A stretch of DNA of 64,000 nucleotides, taken from assembly GCA_963842525.1 (NCBI GenBank), contig CAWJGT010000009.1, forward strand, positions 288,001-352,000, written 5' to 3'. Position numbers and translations under genes: made by a program. The stretch comes from an uncultured Holophagales bacterium (GTDB lineage Bacteria; Acidobacteriota; Thermoanaerobaculia; Multivoradales; UBA5704). Below, piece by piece: positions 32,329 to 43,012 of the stretch (position 1 is its first letter; every line of letters begins with the position of its first letter). The notes below the pieces were generated by a model, which saw nothing but the letters and a program-made list of their open reading frames with translations, ran no database searches and was not told where the DNA came from.

Positions 32329-32540
32329 CGGTCGTCTCCGACGCGGGTCCGCTCATGGCACTCGCCAAGATCGGTGGGCTGGACATCCTCTTCCGCCTCT
32401 TCTCGCAAATCTTGACGCCCCCTGCCGTGTACGACGAGCTGGTCACGGCCGGACTGCGGCTGGGCGCTCCGGACGCGGAGCTCCTGGAATCCCGCTATCA
32501 GGCCCAGGAATTAGTGGTGATCTCTCCGGCGGCCCTGTAG
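32325..32540 (+). pseudogene. Truncated PIN-domain (DUF3368-like) toxin
   Basis: VVSDAGPLMALAKIG.LDIL..LF..ILTPPAVYDEL; stops after about 70 aa where repeat B begins. Confidence 0.7.
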
Positions 32541-32640
32541 CGGCCTTCTCCAGGTCCGGCTTCTCCACAAAACCAGCCCCGACGGGGCGACGGCATAAAG
32601 CCCGGGGTCAGAGCGCGCAGCGCGGCGACCCCGGGTAGGT
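32537..32640. repeat. Direct repeat B, copy 1 (REP-like)
   Basis: CCAGCCCCGA.GGGGCGACGGCATAAAGCCCGGGGTCAGAGCGCGCAGC..CCGGGTAGG; second copy at 33404-33508. Confidence 0.85.
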
Positions 32641-32712
32641 GGCCCCCTTCCTCTCCAAGCCCTGGAAGGGCGGCAGCAGACCGCCCTGGTTGTCCTCCTA
32701 CACAAACGCATG

Positions 32713-32769
32713 ATGATTCGACACGACGGCGGATTGCGGGTTGACGGTCCCGCGAGGGGCCGCTAGTCT
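32713..32769 (+). repeat. Direct repeat A, copy 2; probable promoter of the Uma2 gene
   Basis: TTGACG-17 nt-TAGTCT shortly upstream of ATG 32792. Confidence 0.8.
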
Positions 32770-32791
32770 CGTCCGCAGGAGCAGGAAATAG

Positions 32792-33407
32792 ATGGCCGAG
32801 CCCATTCGCCCGCTGACCCCGCCGCACCGCGACGGCACCCGATCCTGGCCGGTCCAGGGAAAGTGGACCTATGAGGACTATTGCCACCTCCCCGACGACG
32901 GCCAGCGGTACGAGGTCATCCGAGGCCACCTGTACGTGAGCCCTGCGCCCTCCCTTCGCCACCAGCGGACGGTCAGCCGGCTCTTCTCGGCGCTCAACCA
33001 CTTCGTGCTCGCCCATGATCTGGGCGAGGTGCTCACCGCACCTGTGGACATCCTGCTCCCGCGGGGCCTTGCAACGCCGGTGCAGCCGGACCTGGTCTTC
33101 TTCCGTACCGGCAACCAGGCGTCCGGCGGACGCCCTCAACTTTCAAGGCGTCCCCGATCTCGTGGTCGAGGTCCTGTCACCCTCGACCCGCTGGCTGGAT
33201 ATCGACGTCAAGCTACCAGCCTGTCGGGAAGCCGGCGTCCCCGAGGTCTGGCACGCAGACCCGCAGGCACGGACCTTTGTCATCTACGGCTTCAGTGACG
33301 ACAGGAAAAGCTACGTCGAGTTGGCCCGCGGTGGAAAAGGGGACGTGGTCGCCTCGCGCCTTCTGCCGGGGCTCGAGATCGAGGTCGCCAGGATCTTTTC
33401 GCGGTAG
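32792..33407 (+). CDS. Uma2 family endonuclease (frameshift near 33118)
   Basis: WTYEDY..LPDDGQRYEVIRG, PAPSLRHQ, VQPDL, PDLVVEVLSPST, GVPEVW. Confidence 0.85.
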
Positions 33408-33508
33408 CGGTCCCCCTCCAGATCCGCCGTTTCCACAACACCAGCCCCGAAGGGGCGACGGCATAAAGCCCGGGGTCAGAGCGCGCAGCACGGCGGCTCC
33501 GGGTAGGC
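33404..33508. repeat. Direct repeat B, copy 2, at the left edge of the defence island
   Basis: Near-identical to 32537-32640; GC content drops immediately after it. Confidence 0.85.
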
Positions 33509-33511
33509 GGG

Positions 33512-34525
33512 CTACCGGAGCGGGCTTGCCGCGCAGAAAAGAGTTCCACGCGCAAGAAGGGCGTCTGCTGTTAGAGCGCTACTCTCGTCAAGCAGGGATT
33601 CGAAACGCACGCTAAGGACACCTGGCGGTAGCTCCGGATTAACCGAAGGAATCGATGCTGCTGCAAAATATAGAAGTTTATTCCTCGCCCGTTCGAAGTC
33701 GAAGGTTATATACAGGCCGGTCGCAGCCGACTCACCTAGGGATTGTGCCACCACCTCACCAAGCTTTAGTGCGAGATTATCGCCAATGCCTCGACTAATG
33801 ATCAGTCGAATCAGATCAGTAATCGATGATCCCCCGGAACTTCGCTCTGCAAGTATTGATACGATAATTACATCAACATCGTGGCCCGGATTCACTTGTC
33901 TGAGCGAAAAACTGTGTATGCGAGCGAGCCCGCTAAAGCTCTTTACTTCTATCCTACTCGAGCCGGTGGCGAAATCAAAAGCCTCTTCTGGATCCGTGTG
34001 CCAGGAAGACAGCAGAATTTCAGGGCCTGAAGAAACAGCGATAAGAAGCAACTCTGCCCAGAGACCCTGGACTGTGCGTCGCGCCGGTTGCTCAAATGAT
34101 CGAAAAAGTTCGGTAAGTTTCCTAAGTGAACGATTAACGTCATTGCGTGTCGGTGCTGTGCCTATCTGGCGGACTATTAGCTCTGAAGCTTGAAGGAAGT
34201 AGTCACGTAGTGCCGGCTCACCGGAGGCACATCGAACAAGTGAAAAGATTTCTTCGCGAGCCGAAGATGCTTCTCCTGTAGCTATCCGACATCGTACGTT
34301 GTGGTGAACTGTGATGTGCCGAAGGACTACAGGGCCCATAGATTGGCCGCTGTCTTCAGCGACGTGAATCAAGAGTATGGGGGCTCCAATAGCATCCTTG
34401 CCGAGTCTATGCAGCTGAAAGCCCGGGATTTGCGCCACGTGGAATGTAGCTTCGCCGCCGTTTGGTAGTGTCAGGCCGCGGAAAAGGGTAACCAGATCCA
34501 TAAAGAAGGTTACTGGACTAGCCAA
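33512..34525 (-). CDS. PD-(D/E)XK motif protein (DUF4420-like)
   Basis: QGLWAELL, W..DP...FDF....RIEVKS, HSFSLRQ; follows the Z1 gene. Confidence 0.8.
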   Translation of the reverse strand: MASPVTFFMDLVTLFRGLTLPNGGEATFHVAQIPGFQLHRLGKDAIGAPILLIHVAEDSGQSMGPVVLRHITVHHNVRCRIATGEASSAREEIFSLVRCASGEPALRDYFLQASELIVRQIGTAPTRNDVNRSLRKLTELFRSFEQPARRTVQGLWAELLLIAVSSGPEILLSSWHTDPEEAFDFATGSSRIEVKSFSGLARIHSFSLRQVNPGHDVDVIIVSILAERSSGGSSITDLIRLIISRGIGDNLALKLGEVVAQSLGESAATGLYITFDFERARNKLLYFAAASIPSVNPELPPGVLSVRFESLLDESSALTADALLARGTLFCAASPLR

Positions 34526-36739
34526 TCTCGGCCGATTTCTAGGGGCACATGAGTTGCTACGAGACTGACCCTTGGATATATAGTCTTGTCCTCCGCGGCA
34601 TCGTGCGGGTGGAGTTCGAAAGTATGAAGCTGGATAGTGAGGTCCGATGCATGTCTAATCTCTCGGTCACCCGGATATATGGAGCCCTGGGCGGGCCCTG
34701 TGCTCGGATTTGCGCCCTGATAGAAGTTGCCTAAGCTGATCATCGGGGGTACGTGTTCGGCGCCGTTCCGCCGCGTCAGGCCTCATAACGAATATGCTAC
34801 AAGTGGCATCCGGATGCCTCTCGAGCCATGCGGAGATCTGAAGTAGAAGCGCAGTGTGCTGGAGGGAGTCCTCCGGAGACGGCAAGCGTATCTCCTCGAG
34901 AAGATCAGCGTACGCACGACGCAGAGATCCCCCGTGAGCCACCTTGTGCCGCTGATACTCCGTCCTCCTTACATCATCGTCCGTATCGTCCACCAGCGAA
35001 AGAGTTCTTGTGAAACGCTCGATAAGAACATTGTTGTGATCGATTGCTTCCTGAAGCTCATGCGGGCGCGATGGGTCAACCCAGCGTTCGCCGTGATTGC
35101 CGCGAACATACGCCACGCTGAGGACCTGACGGCGCGTAGGCCGAAGTGCCTGGTCCAAGAAGAAGACCCGCTTCCATTCCCGAAGTGGGAGTCCTGTCGC
35201 TGCATGTTCCAGCAACCGGCTACGCATGTGTTCTTCGTGCTCAACGTAATCTGTAAACGCCTCACGAACAAGTTGCTCGAGCCAGACTCGGCAGTAACCC
35301 AGATAACGCTTCTTGTAGCCAAAAAATCTAGCACGCTGTTGGACGGTGTCTGCGTTAGCCTCTCCAAGACCTCTGGGCATATACGTAACAGTCAGGCCTT
35401 CAACTGTGAACCCGCGATCCATAGCCTGGCCGCCTACAAGAATATGCGCGTACTTTTCCTGCCAGGGTATTTTGGGCGTTACTCCCCTTGCCGAATTGAC
35501 CTCCCAGATAGCTGTTTTACGTATCGCCCGGGGTAGTGCGGCAAGGATGTTGTCCCATTCGGGCAAGTCTGAGGCGGTGGTTATCAAATCTTGGTACGCT
35601 TCTTGGAAAAGAGCCTGCACCTGGATGTTCGACTCGTCCATGTCATCTGCGGCGAGCGCGCGCTGCCAGTCTGCCTTAAGACTATCTGCCCATAAATAGT
35701 ACTCGTCGTGGATAGCTTGCGTCTGGTGCGGGTGCACCATCATGGAACGGTTTCCCTCTCCATTGTCTCTTAGCTCTCCTGCGGCAACACCAACGAAGAA
35801 CGTCGCCAGAGCGAGGCGGTATGAATTCGGAGGAGAAGGCAGGGCCTGACCCGGAGGGAAAATCTCATTTAGAGGGATATTTCTAATGTAAAGACGCTCA
35901 CCTGTTGATGAAAAAAATGTCAAGGCGCCTGTATAACCATGACCAGGATTTAAAACCTCTGCAAAAGATGGAGATAATGCGTCGATAATATTAATTAAGA
36001 GAGGGGCTTGAGGTGTCGCTGTGTATTGGACGTAGCTATGGATCGGGAGCAACTGACGTAGCCGCCCCATGTGACGGTAAGTAGGACTCTCCCTGCCACG
36101 GTTTACTAAGTAGTTGAGGCTTGCCTGGTCACCTTCATCATCAATTATTAGGGTCGGTACATTGTCAAGTTTCACATTTGCCAGCGTTCGTACAAGATAG
36201 TTCAGATGGTGGTGGTTCTTCATGACAGTAACGAGCACGGCCTGTCGGCGTACATCGGGCACCCCTGGATCCTGCCAGTCGACGAGGGTGTCAGAAATTC
36301 GCTGTGACGGTAATTGCGATCTTGTATCGATGGCCACGTGAAGCCACTTTCGATCCGGCCGAGTCAGTAGGCGCAAATCGCGCTGAAGTCGATTATTCGA
36401 CTGGTCAAGAAGATTTGTCGAGGTTCCTGTTATGACAATTATAAGAGGAAACCCGTTGTCTCTAGCGAGCGCGCACACCGTCGTGAAATTCAGAGTTTTT
36501 CCACTCTGGACATATCCCGTCACGAGTCCAACATCCTGTGATTGGCGTGAGTCGGGACCGACGCAGCGCCTGAGAACTCGTCTCGCTTCTTCTATGATAA
36601 TGTCAGCTGCATCGCCAAGCCTGGCAACGTCAGGAGTCGCTCGGAGGGCCTGAGTCTCAGGTCCGATCACTGGCCAGTTATCGTCTCTTGAAGTAGGGCT
36701 AACAATGGTGGCCGTCTCGTACGGAGTGTTATCCGTCAT
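34510..36739 (-). CDS. Z1 domain-containing protein with a helicase-like N-terminus (frameshift near 34720)
   Basis: GYVQSGKT, IIDDEGDQAS, YTATPQA, SMMVH, VGGQAMDRGFTVEGLTVTY, DTVQQRARFFGY. Confidence 0.87.
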
Positions 36740-36752
36740 ATCGGGTTCCTCG

Positions 36753-38293
36753 TCAAGGGGCCGAAAGCGCTCGCCGCAACAATTCATTGACATTCTGTCG
36801 TACCCGTCCAAACGCTGTAGGGGCTGCACTCTCTCTCGCGATCGTTTCAGCTAGTCCCAGGGCTACTGCAACGCGTAAGAGTGGCTCGATTAGTTCGGGG
36901 TCTGCTCCGGCGAATCGCTGCATGAAGGGATGTGCTAGAGAGACACGTAGCCCGAGATGCCGTACATGGTTTTGGTCAGGTCTTGACGGCCCATCTGAGA
37001 TCGCGAGCCAGTCGGCTGCTGGATCTGCGGTTTGCTCGACAGTCACCACCCACGTCCAGTTCAGGAACAATAACTCAATTTTACGTTGCGTGAGAGTGCT
37101 TGCAGGCGACAACACAAGGGGAACTGGGGTCTGTGATTGGTCGGCTCGGAGCTGGGCGACTACTGGTGGTGCGTTTTTCTCAAGGGCTTCTGCGACGTTC
37201 GTAGTTGCCGTCTCAGCTCCCCTCTTTAGATCCTCAGGTCGCTCATTGACGCGATGCCCCTTAGCCTGTTGTAGAAGAGGCATTGAATCCTTTGAGAGTT
37301 CGTCCTTCAGGAGGTCCAAAAAGGCCTCTTCATTTTCGTCCCACTTAAACCCATCCTTAGTGTGCGTGACCTCAAACCCTTCAAGATGCAGCCGCCAAAA
37401 ACTCGCTGATAGATAAAGCTGTTGCTCTTGCCGAATATCTTCTCCGGTCGGTATCCTGCATCGCCGGAGCCTTGAATAACGCGCCCCCTGCGGAACAAGG
37501 CAAACCCGGCGCGGCTCGTCGAGGCTCGGTCACGGATTGCCGCAAAACCATGCGCGCGAAGCCCCGTCCCGAAGTCAAAGTCAAGCGGTATTCTCCACTC
37601 GCGTGCGGGACCAGACTCATCCTTGAAGAAGGGAGCTATGAGCACCTTGGGCTCTTCGTAGCTCAATGGTACATCGTCGAAGGTCAAAACGAGCTCCCCC
37701 TTGCGGAAGAACTCTCTATAGATATCTGCCAGATGCTGCTTGATCTTGCTTACCGTTCGGCCGGCAGGAATCTTATGAAGCCCCTGAAGGCGAATTTCCG
37801 TATAGTGTGTAGTTTCCTGTCCAGCGTTCAAGGGTGTCTCGTCTACACGAAGTTCGTTTAGGTCGCCCGAAACTATTTCCTCGATATTAAAGTGAATATG
37901 ATATTCAACTGGCTCATCCAGCGGCTTGGTTCTTACTGACCATTCACGGGCACACCAGCACGCTGCAGACTTCATTCCCATTCCAAACTCAGACAGGCCC
38001 GAGCGGTCGAACGGTATGGCGGCTGGTTTGAAAGCACGTGGAAAGTCGCTGCTAGAAATGCCGGCAGCGTAGTCACGGACCGTAATCACTCCGCCATCTT
38101 GTGGCGTGAGATTGATCTCGACGCGCAGAGGCGTGGAGGAGCTATCTAGTTGCTTAAGAAGCTCGCGATTTGCCATATGGCTCTGAATTGCGTTGTCGAC
38201 AAACTCAGCTAACGCATGCCAATAGGTGTAATTCAAATGCCTGAGTACAGAGAGGACACTAACGCCAGGTCGTATATCGACTCGCTGTTCCAT
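36753..38293 (-). CDS. MORC/MutL-like GHKL ATPase (frameshift near 37390)
   Basis: ALAEFVDNAIQS, VRDYAAGI, GLSEFGMGMKSA, GFALFRRGRVI. Confidence 0.85.
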
Positions 38294-38302
38294 GCATTAA
38301 CC

Positions 38303-39560
38303 CTATGCAATCAAGCTACTCAGCTCAACGCTTCTGCCTGCGGTTCGCTTCCGCGCGCCCGGTCCTAAGCCGGGCCCAGGATGGGGCCTATGGTTGCCCT
38401 TGAGCGCAAGATATTCCTTGGTTGCCCTACGGGGACTCTCACGAGGAGGGCAGTTACCTCGGCGAGGCGTAAGGAGAGTTAGAGAGATCCGGAGCGAACC
38501 TTCATCAAGGAGCTGACGACGAATCTCAAGTCCGAGCAACTCGGCAAGGGCGCAAGGTACAGCGTTTCCAATCTGGCGCTGAGCAGAACGCCTGTCTCCC
38601 TCGACTTCAAAGTCATCTGGAAACGTCTGTAATCGGCAGAGTTCGCGCTGAGAGAGCAGCCGACTGCGCCAGTGGAAGGGTCCCGTTGCGGGCCCCGGCC
38701 CAGCCTGGATAGTCCACGATGGGCGATTCTTTGCCAGTTTAAGAAGAAAGGACCAGTAACGAGTCCGCCAACCGAAGAGTGGCTCTCCACCCCCGCCGGG
38801 CGTATGCCAGAGATAATTCTCGCCCTCTGGAATGCTCGGCAAGAGCTTGGCCCATTTGCCTGAAAGTGCCAGCTCGGCAGGCCAGTCTAGTGTATCTAGA
38901 TCGCCGATAGCATCCCACGCAGTACGATATGATTCGGGCCTGTCCGATTGGCCGTGAGTGGGCTCCGGGGCCTCAAATGCTTCTCCCGTCTTGCTCGCGA
39001 TTAGAAAAACGCGTTCACGGAATTGAGGCACACCGAAGTCAGCGGCATTTAGGTGCAGTATAGTCAGAGCGTAATTTGTTTTGTTGCGCTGATTGATAGA
39101 CTGAAAGCCTTCCCGTAGAAGTTGGAGTCCCTCGTCCTTGCCGGCGAAGGTAAGTCCTCTAACGTTCTCGAGAAGGATCGCCCGGGGTAGTGCAGCCTCT
39201 ACTATTCGCAGATAGGCAGTAAGAGTCGCTGCGCGGGGGTCGTCCAGTCGCAGTGAATCACCGCGTGACCAGTACCCCGACTTGGAAAATGGCTGACAAG
39301 GTGGCCCCCCAGCGAGCAGCTCAACTTCACCTTTCCGTAGGCCCGCCTGCTTAAGCAGCTTCTTCGGGTTCGTTGAGGTGGATATCACCGGGTGTAAGCA
39401 GCGACCAGTCTGGCCTGTTTCGCCTCAGAGTGGCACGGGCGTCGTCGTCGATCTCTACGCAGAGTCGAGTTTCAAAGCCTGCAGCCTCCAGGCCAATATC
39501 TAGACCTCCAGCGCCTGTGAAAAGGGAGAGCACGCGGGGACGATCGCCGTGCTTGGTCAC
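38303..39560 (-). CDS. dcm: DNA (cytosine-5)-methyltransferase (frameshift near 39380)
   Basis: Motif I SLFTGAGG, IV GGPPCQPFS, VI ENV, VIII PQFRERV, IX RLQTFPD, X QIGNAVP. Confidence 0.92.
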
Positions 39561-39641
39561 GTTGCTCCTTGATGCATGAGGGAGCTAGCCATGTTTTCAG
39601 TCGCCGTGGGTGACAACAACGTGCTGCTCATTATGCCCTAT

Positions 39642-40190
39642 TTACGTCATTGGGTGTGTCTTGTCAAGAGCCTTGGAGGATTCTGGCCTCCGATGCCCCA
39701 GGTCGTGGAGGGTCGTAGCGACCCTTTGGGCGACCGCCGAAGGGTCACCCCGAATCTCGGACTCCCAAAACCGCAAGACGGTCCACCCCATCTCCTGGAG
39801 ATGGAAGGTATTCTGGCTGTCGCGTTCCATGTTCCGCTGAATCTTCGCGAGCCAGTAGTCGGAGTTCGTACCGGACCCGAGCTTCTGGCGACGGCTCTCC
39901 CAGTCGCGGCCATGCCAGAAGTCACCGTCGCAGAAGACTGCGACTTTCCACTTGGGAAAAACGATGTCGGGGTGCCCTGGAAGCCTGGAGACGTTCTTCA
40001 AGAAACGGTAACCAGCGGCCCATAAACTCCGCCGGAGTAGGAGTTCGCACTTCGTGTCAACCTTCTTGCTGCTGCCGCGGGCAGCAGCGCTCGCCCGCGC
40101 TGACGCCGGCCTCCGACCCTTATAGCTGACGGGCGCGGCTCCGGAAGAGGGAGCCAGGCGATCCTCCAGTTCAATCTTGCCCATCCTCAT
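39642..40190 (-). CDS. vsr: Very short patch repair endonuclease
   Basis: DTKCELLLRR, LPGHPDIVF, FCDGDFWHG, YWLAKIQRNMERD, GWTVLRFWE. Confidence 0.9.
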   Translation of the reverse strand: MRMGKIELEDRLAPSSGAAPVSYKGRRPASARASAAARGSSKKVDTKCELLLRRSLWAAGYRFLKNVSRLPGHPDIVFPKWKVAVFCDGDFWHGRDWESRRQKLGSGTNSDYWLAKIQRNMERDSQNTFHLQEMGWTVLRFWESEIRGDPSAVAQRVATTLHDLGHRRPESSKALDKTHPMT

Positions 40191-40349
40191 GAGGGCCAAT
40201 CCTACCCTATCGCTGCGATAACCAGGAAGGGGCAGATAACGATCCGGGGCCACATTTGCTGCTAGCCCACTAGCGGGGGACATGCAGGTAGTGCCGAGAG
40301 GGTACAGACAATCGTGAACGACACCAGATAGGTGCCGAGCCAGATAGGT

Positions 40350-40701
40350 GCCTCGCGCCCCCGGCAAAGCAACTCGCAAAGACCCCAGCTTGCGAAGCGC
40401 GCGGAGCAGGCCAGGGTGAGCCGTTCCTCGGTGGATGAGGCAAAAGCTCATGCCAGAGGCGCGGCGCTTCAGCCCGCGAGCGGGCCAGGGCGGCGTCCAC
40501 CGGGCCGAACTGCAAGGTCAGTGCGCCGGACCGGTAGAGGTCCAGGAGCCAGCCTCCCACCTCGTAGCACTCCGGACAGACGGCGAGCTGGTGCAGGAGA
40601 TTCTTATTCTGGTCCTCGGTCCGGTCTACGACCAGCATGCGCTCCAGGGCTGCGGCATCCAGATGTTCGTGCTCCAAGAGACATCCTCCATCGTGGGACA
40701 T
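40350..40701 (-). pseudogene. N-terminal remnant of a hypothetical protein with a CxxC motif, truncated by the island
   Basis: HQLAVCPEC..., APRLWHELL, then RFASWGLCELL in a shifted frame; ends at the duplicated CCAGATAGGTGCC. Confidence 0.55.
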
Positions 40702-40769
40702 GTCTTCCAGGAACAGGAAGGTATCGTGGTCCGGCTCAGAAAAAACAGGGGGTTTCCCCTTCCAAGGAG

Positions 40770-41064
40770 TTATCCGCCGTGAGGATCGAGCCCGGACCCG
40801 TTGTCTCCCTCTTCGGTGTCGCCACTCGGATCGAGCCCAGGTCCGGCGTCACCCGCGGCCGTTGCTCCGTCGGGATCAAGGCCGGATCCGTTGCCGCCAA
40901 AGAGAATGGCGAAGAAGCTCTGGACGAGGTCGAGGAAGCCGGCGGCGGCGGTCCGCTCGGTGGAGAAGCTCTGGGGCCTGCCACGGCAAGGCCCCGGCGA
41001 GGGTGGGGGAGAGGAGGGCGAAGAGACAGGCCGCAAGGACAGAGCGGCGGAGGCGGTGGATCAC
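40770..41064 (-). CDS. Small secreted protein with three GxGxGLDPxG repeats (one frameshift near 40980)
   Basis: SD AAAGGGAG and GTG at 41064; signal peptide RLRRSVLAACLFALLSPTLAGA; C-terminus GNGSGLDPDG..GDAGPGLDPSG..GDNGSGLDPHGG. Confidence 0.65.
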
Positions 41065-41242
41065 GATCGGCTCCCTTTCAGGCGGCTGCCTCCCACGGCC
41101 TCCATGGACGCGAAAGAGCCCCCATCTGAAAAGGTGCAGGGGAGGGAGTGAAAGCTCTCCTAGACGCCGGCTCGGAGGCATGGCGGCCCGCGGACGCTGC
41201 TGCACGGAACGCTTGCTATGCTGGCCTGGGAGGATGAAGGGG

Positions 41243-41479
41243 ATGAACAGACTGAATGTTACCCTGGTCGTCGAAGAAGACCTCCTGCGCGAGGCACGAG
41301 CGGTAGCCGCCCGGCAACACACGTCGGTCAACGAAATGGTGCGCCAGTTCCTGAAGCAGGTCGTGACGCAGGAGAGGCGGCGTTTCGCAGCATGGGACCG
41401 CGTCCGGGATCTCTTCGACCACCCGAGTGTCGAGCTCGGAGGCCCCCTGCCTTCCCGGGATGCATTGCATGAGCGCTGA
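41243..41479 (+). CDS. RHH-type antitoxin (DUF6364-like)
   Basis: NVTLVVEEDLLREARAVAARQHTSVNEMVRQFL, SRDALHER; overlaps the PIN gene. Confidence 0.75.
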   Translation: MNRLNVTLVVEEDLLREARAVAARQHTSVNEMVRQFLKQVVTQERRRFAAWDRVRDLFDHPSVELGGPLPSRDALHER

Positions 41480-41645
41480 TCTTGCAGCATTCGTGGACAG
41501 CAATGTGCTCGTCTATGCAGTGAGCCGGGATGAGCCCGAGAAGCAGAAGAAGGCTCGGGAGATCGTGGAGCGGGGCTTCACCGAGGGCGATCGGTCGTCG
41601 CCATACGTTCAGAGCGAATCAGGAGTAGAAGGATACAGCGCGTGA
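41469..41645 (+). pseudogene. Truncated PIN/VapC toxin
   Basis: AFVDSNVLVYA...EPEKQKKAREIV; similarity is lost after about 40 aa. Confidence 0.7.
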
Positions 41646-41686
41646 GCTGCAGCGCCGAGAAGCCCTCCCGCTTCTGATACGACCGT

Positions 41687-42832
41687 CTAGACGGCGACCT
41701 GCTGCGGGTAGTCCTCCTCGGGATAGGAGGGCACGGGAGAGAGCGCGGCGAGCAAATCGCCATAGATGTCGAGATAGCCCTCGACCATGCGCTCGGGTGT
41801 CAGCTCCAGGGCGCGGGCACGGGCGCCGGACGCCAGCGACTGCCGGCGGTCGGGCTCTTCGATGAGGCGGAGGATCTCGCGCTCCAGGGCCTCGGTGTCG
41901 TCGGGCGGCACGAAGACCGCGCGGTTGCGCCAGGTTTCGCGCAGGCCGGGGATGTCGCCCAGCACGAGCGCGCAGCCGGCGAGGGCGGCTTCGAGGACCG
42001 ACAGGCCGAAAGGCTCGTAGCGGGCCGGCAGGACATAGATCGAGGAGCGGCCGAGCCAGGCGGCCAGCGCCCGTTGGGACAGGCGGCCGAGCAGGCGTGT
42101 GGTGTGCGGCCGGATCTCGCCGCCGTCCGGATGGTGGTTGTCACCGGCCACGTAGACCGGCCAGGGAAGGCGCGGGGCGACCTGTTCGACCGCCTCCAGG
42201 TTCTTGGCCTCGTCCCAGAGCCGGCCGGCCGTGAAGCACATCTTCTCCTTGGCCGTGGGGCGGAAGAGGCACGGGTCGCTCCCGTTCGGGATGACCCGGG
42301 TGTGGGGGAGCACGCCGTAGTGACGCGCCAGATCGGCGAACATGGCCGCCGACGGCGCCACCACCACGTCCGCCGCGGCAAGCCCGGCCGTGACTTCCAC
42401 GCGATAGCGGTCCCAGGCCTCGGGCGCGGGCTCCTTCTTGACCGCCTGCCACCAGGACAGCATGCAGGAGTGCCCGACGACCACGGTGGGCGCGCTCCAG
42501 GGGAGCGACCCGTGTACGTAGCTGTTCAGGTGGACGACGTCCGGGCTGATCCGGCTCTCCAGGTTGAGCAGCCATTCGCCGGCTTTCTCTATATCGCGCC
42601 AGGGGTCCTCCATCCACTCCAGCTTGTGGTGACTCTCGAAGACGCGAAGGCCGGGGATGCGGTCGACCTTGTCGCGCTGAAGCTCGTCGATCGGGGCGCC
42701 CATGGTGGCCAGGGCCACCTCGACGCCGCGCTCGCCGAGCCCGCGCGCCAGCTCCAGGGAGTAGGTCCAGACACCGCCGACCGTGTCCGTCGTCATCAGG
42801 ATCTTGCGGGGCAGGAAGCAGGAGTCAGTCAT
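41687..42832 (-). CDS. Glycosyltransferase family 4
   Basis: MTTDTVGGVWTY, GRLWDEAKN, YEPFGLSVLEAA. Confidence 0.9.
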   Translation of the reverse strand: MTDSCFLPRKILMTTDTVGGVWTYSLELARGLGERGVEVALATMGAPIDELQRDKVDRIPGLRVFESHHKLEWMEDPWRDIEKAGEWLLNLESRISPDVVHLNSYVHGSLPWSAPTVVVGHSCMLSWWQAVKKEPAPEAWDRYRVEVTAGLAAADVVVAPSAAMFADLARHYGVLPHTRVIPNGSDPCLFRPTAKEKMCFTAGRLWDEAKNLEAVEQVAPRLPWPVYVAGDNHHPDGGEIRPHTTRLLGRLSQRALAAWLGRSSIYVLPARYEPFGLSVLEAALAGCALVLGDIPGLRETWRNRAVFVPPDDTEALEREILRLIEEPDRRQSLASGARARALELTPERMVEGYLDIYGDLLAALSPVPSYPEEDYPQQVAV

Positions 42833-43012
42833 GCCGTCTAGGCCTCCAATCCGAGCACTGTTGGCGGGGAAAGCCATCCAAGAAACGTGCCCGTCACCTC
42901 CTTCTACGAATCAGGCCTCGCGACCGCCTCGCGCTCCCTTGTGAGCCCCGAGGAATCCCACGAGCTGGTTGTAAAGCTTGCCGGCTTCAGCCCGCACATT
43001 TACACGTGGGGC

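Larger units (their letters stand above)
33510..40350 (-). mobile_element. Horizontally acquired lower-GC defence island
   Basis: Abrupt shift to more AT-rich codon usage; five co-oriented restriction-modification-type genes; truncates the gene on its right; no integrase seen. Confidence 0.7.

Noticed and set aside
31186-33508. Integron cassette array
   Set aside because: No intI and no attC RYYYAAC/GTTRRRY ends; the repeats look like REP and promoter duplications.
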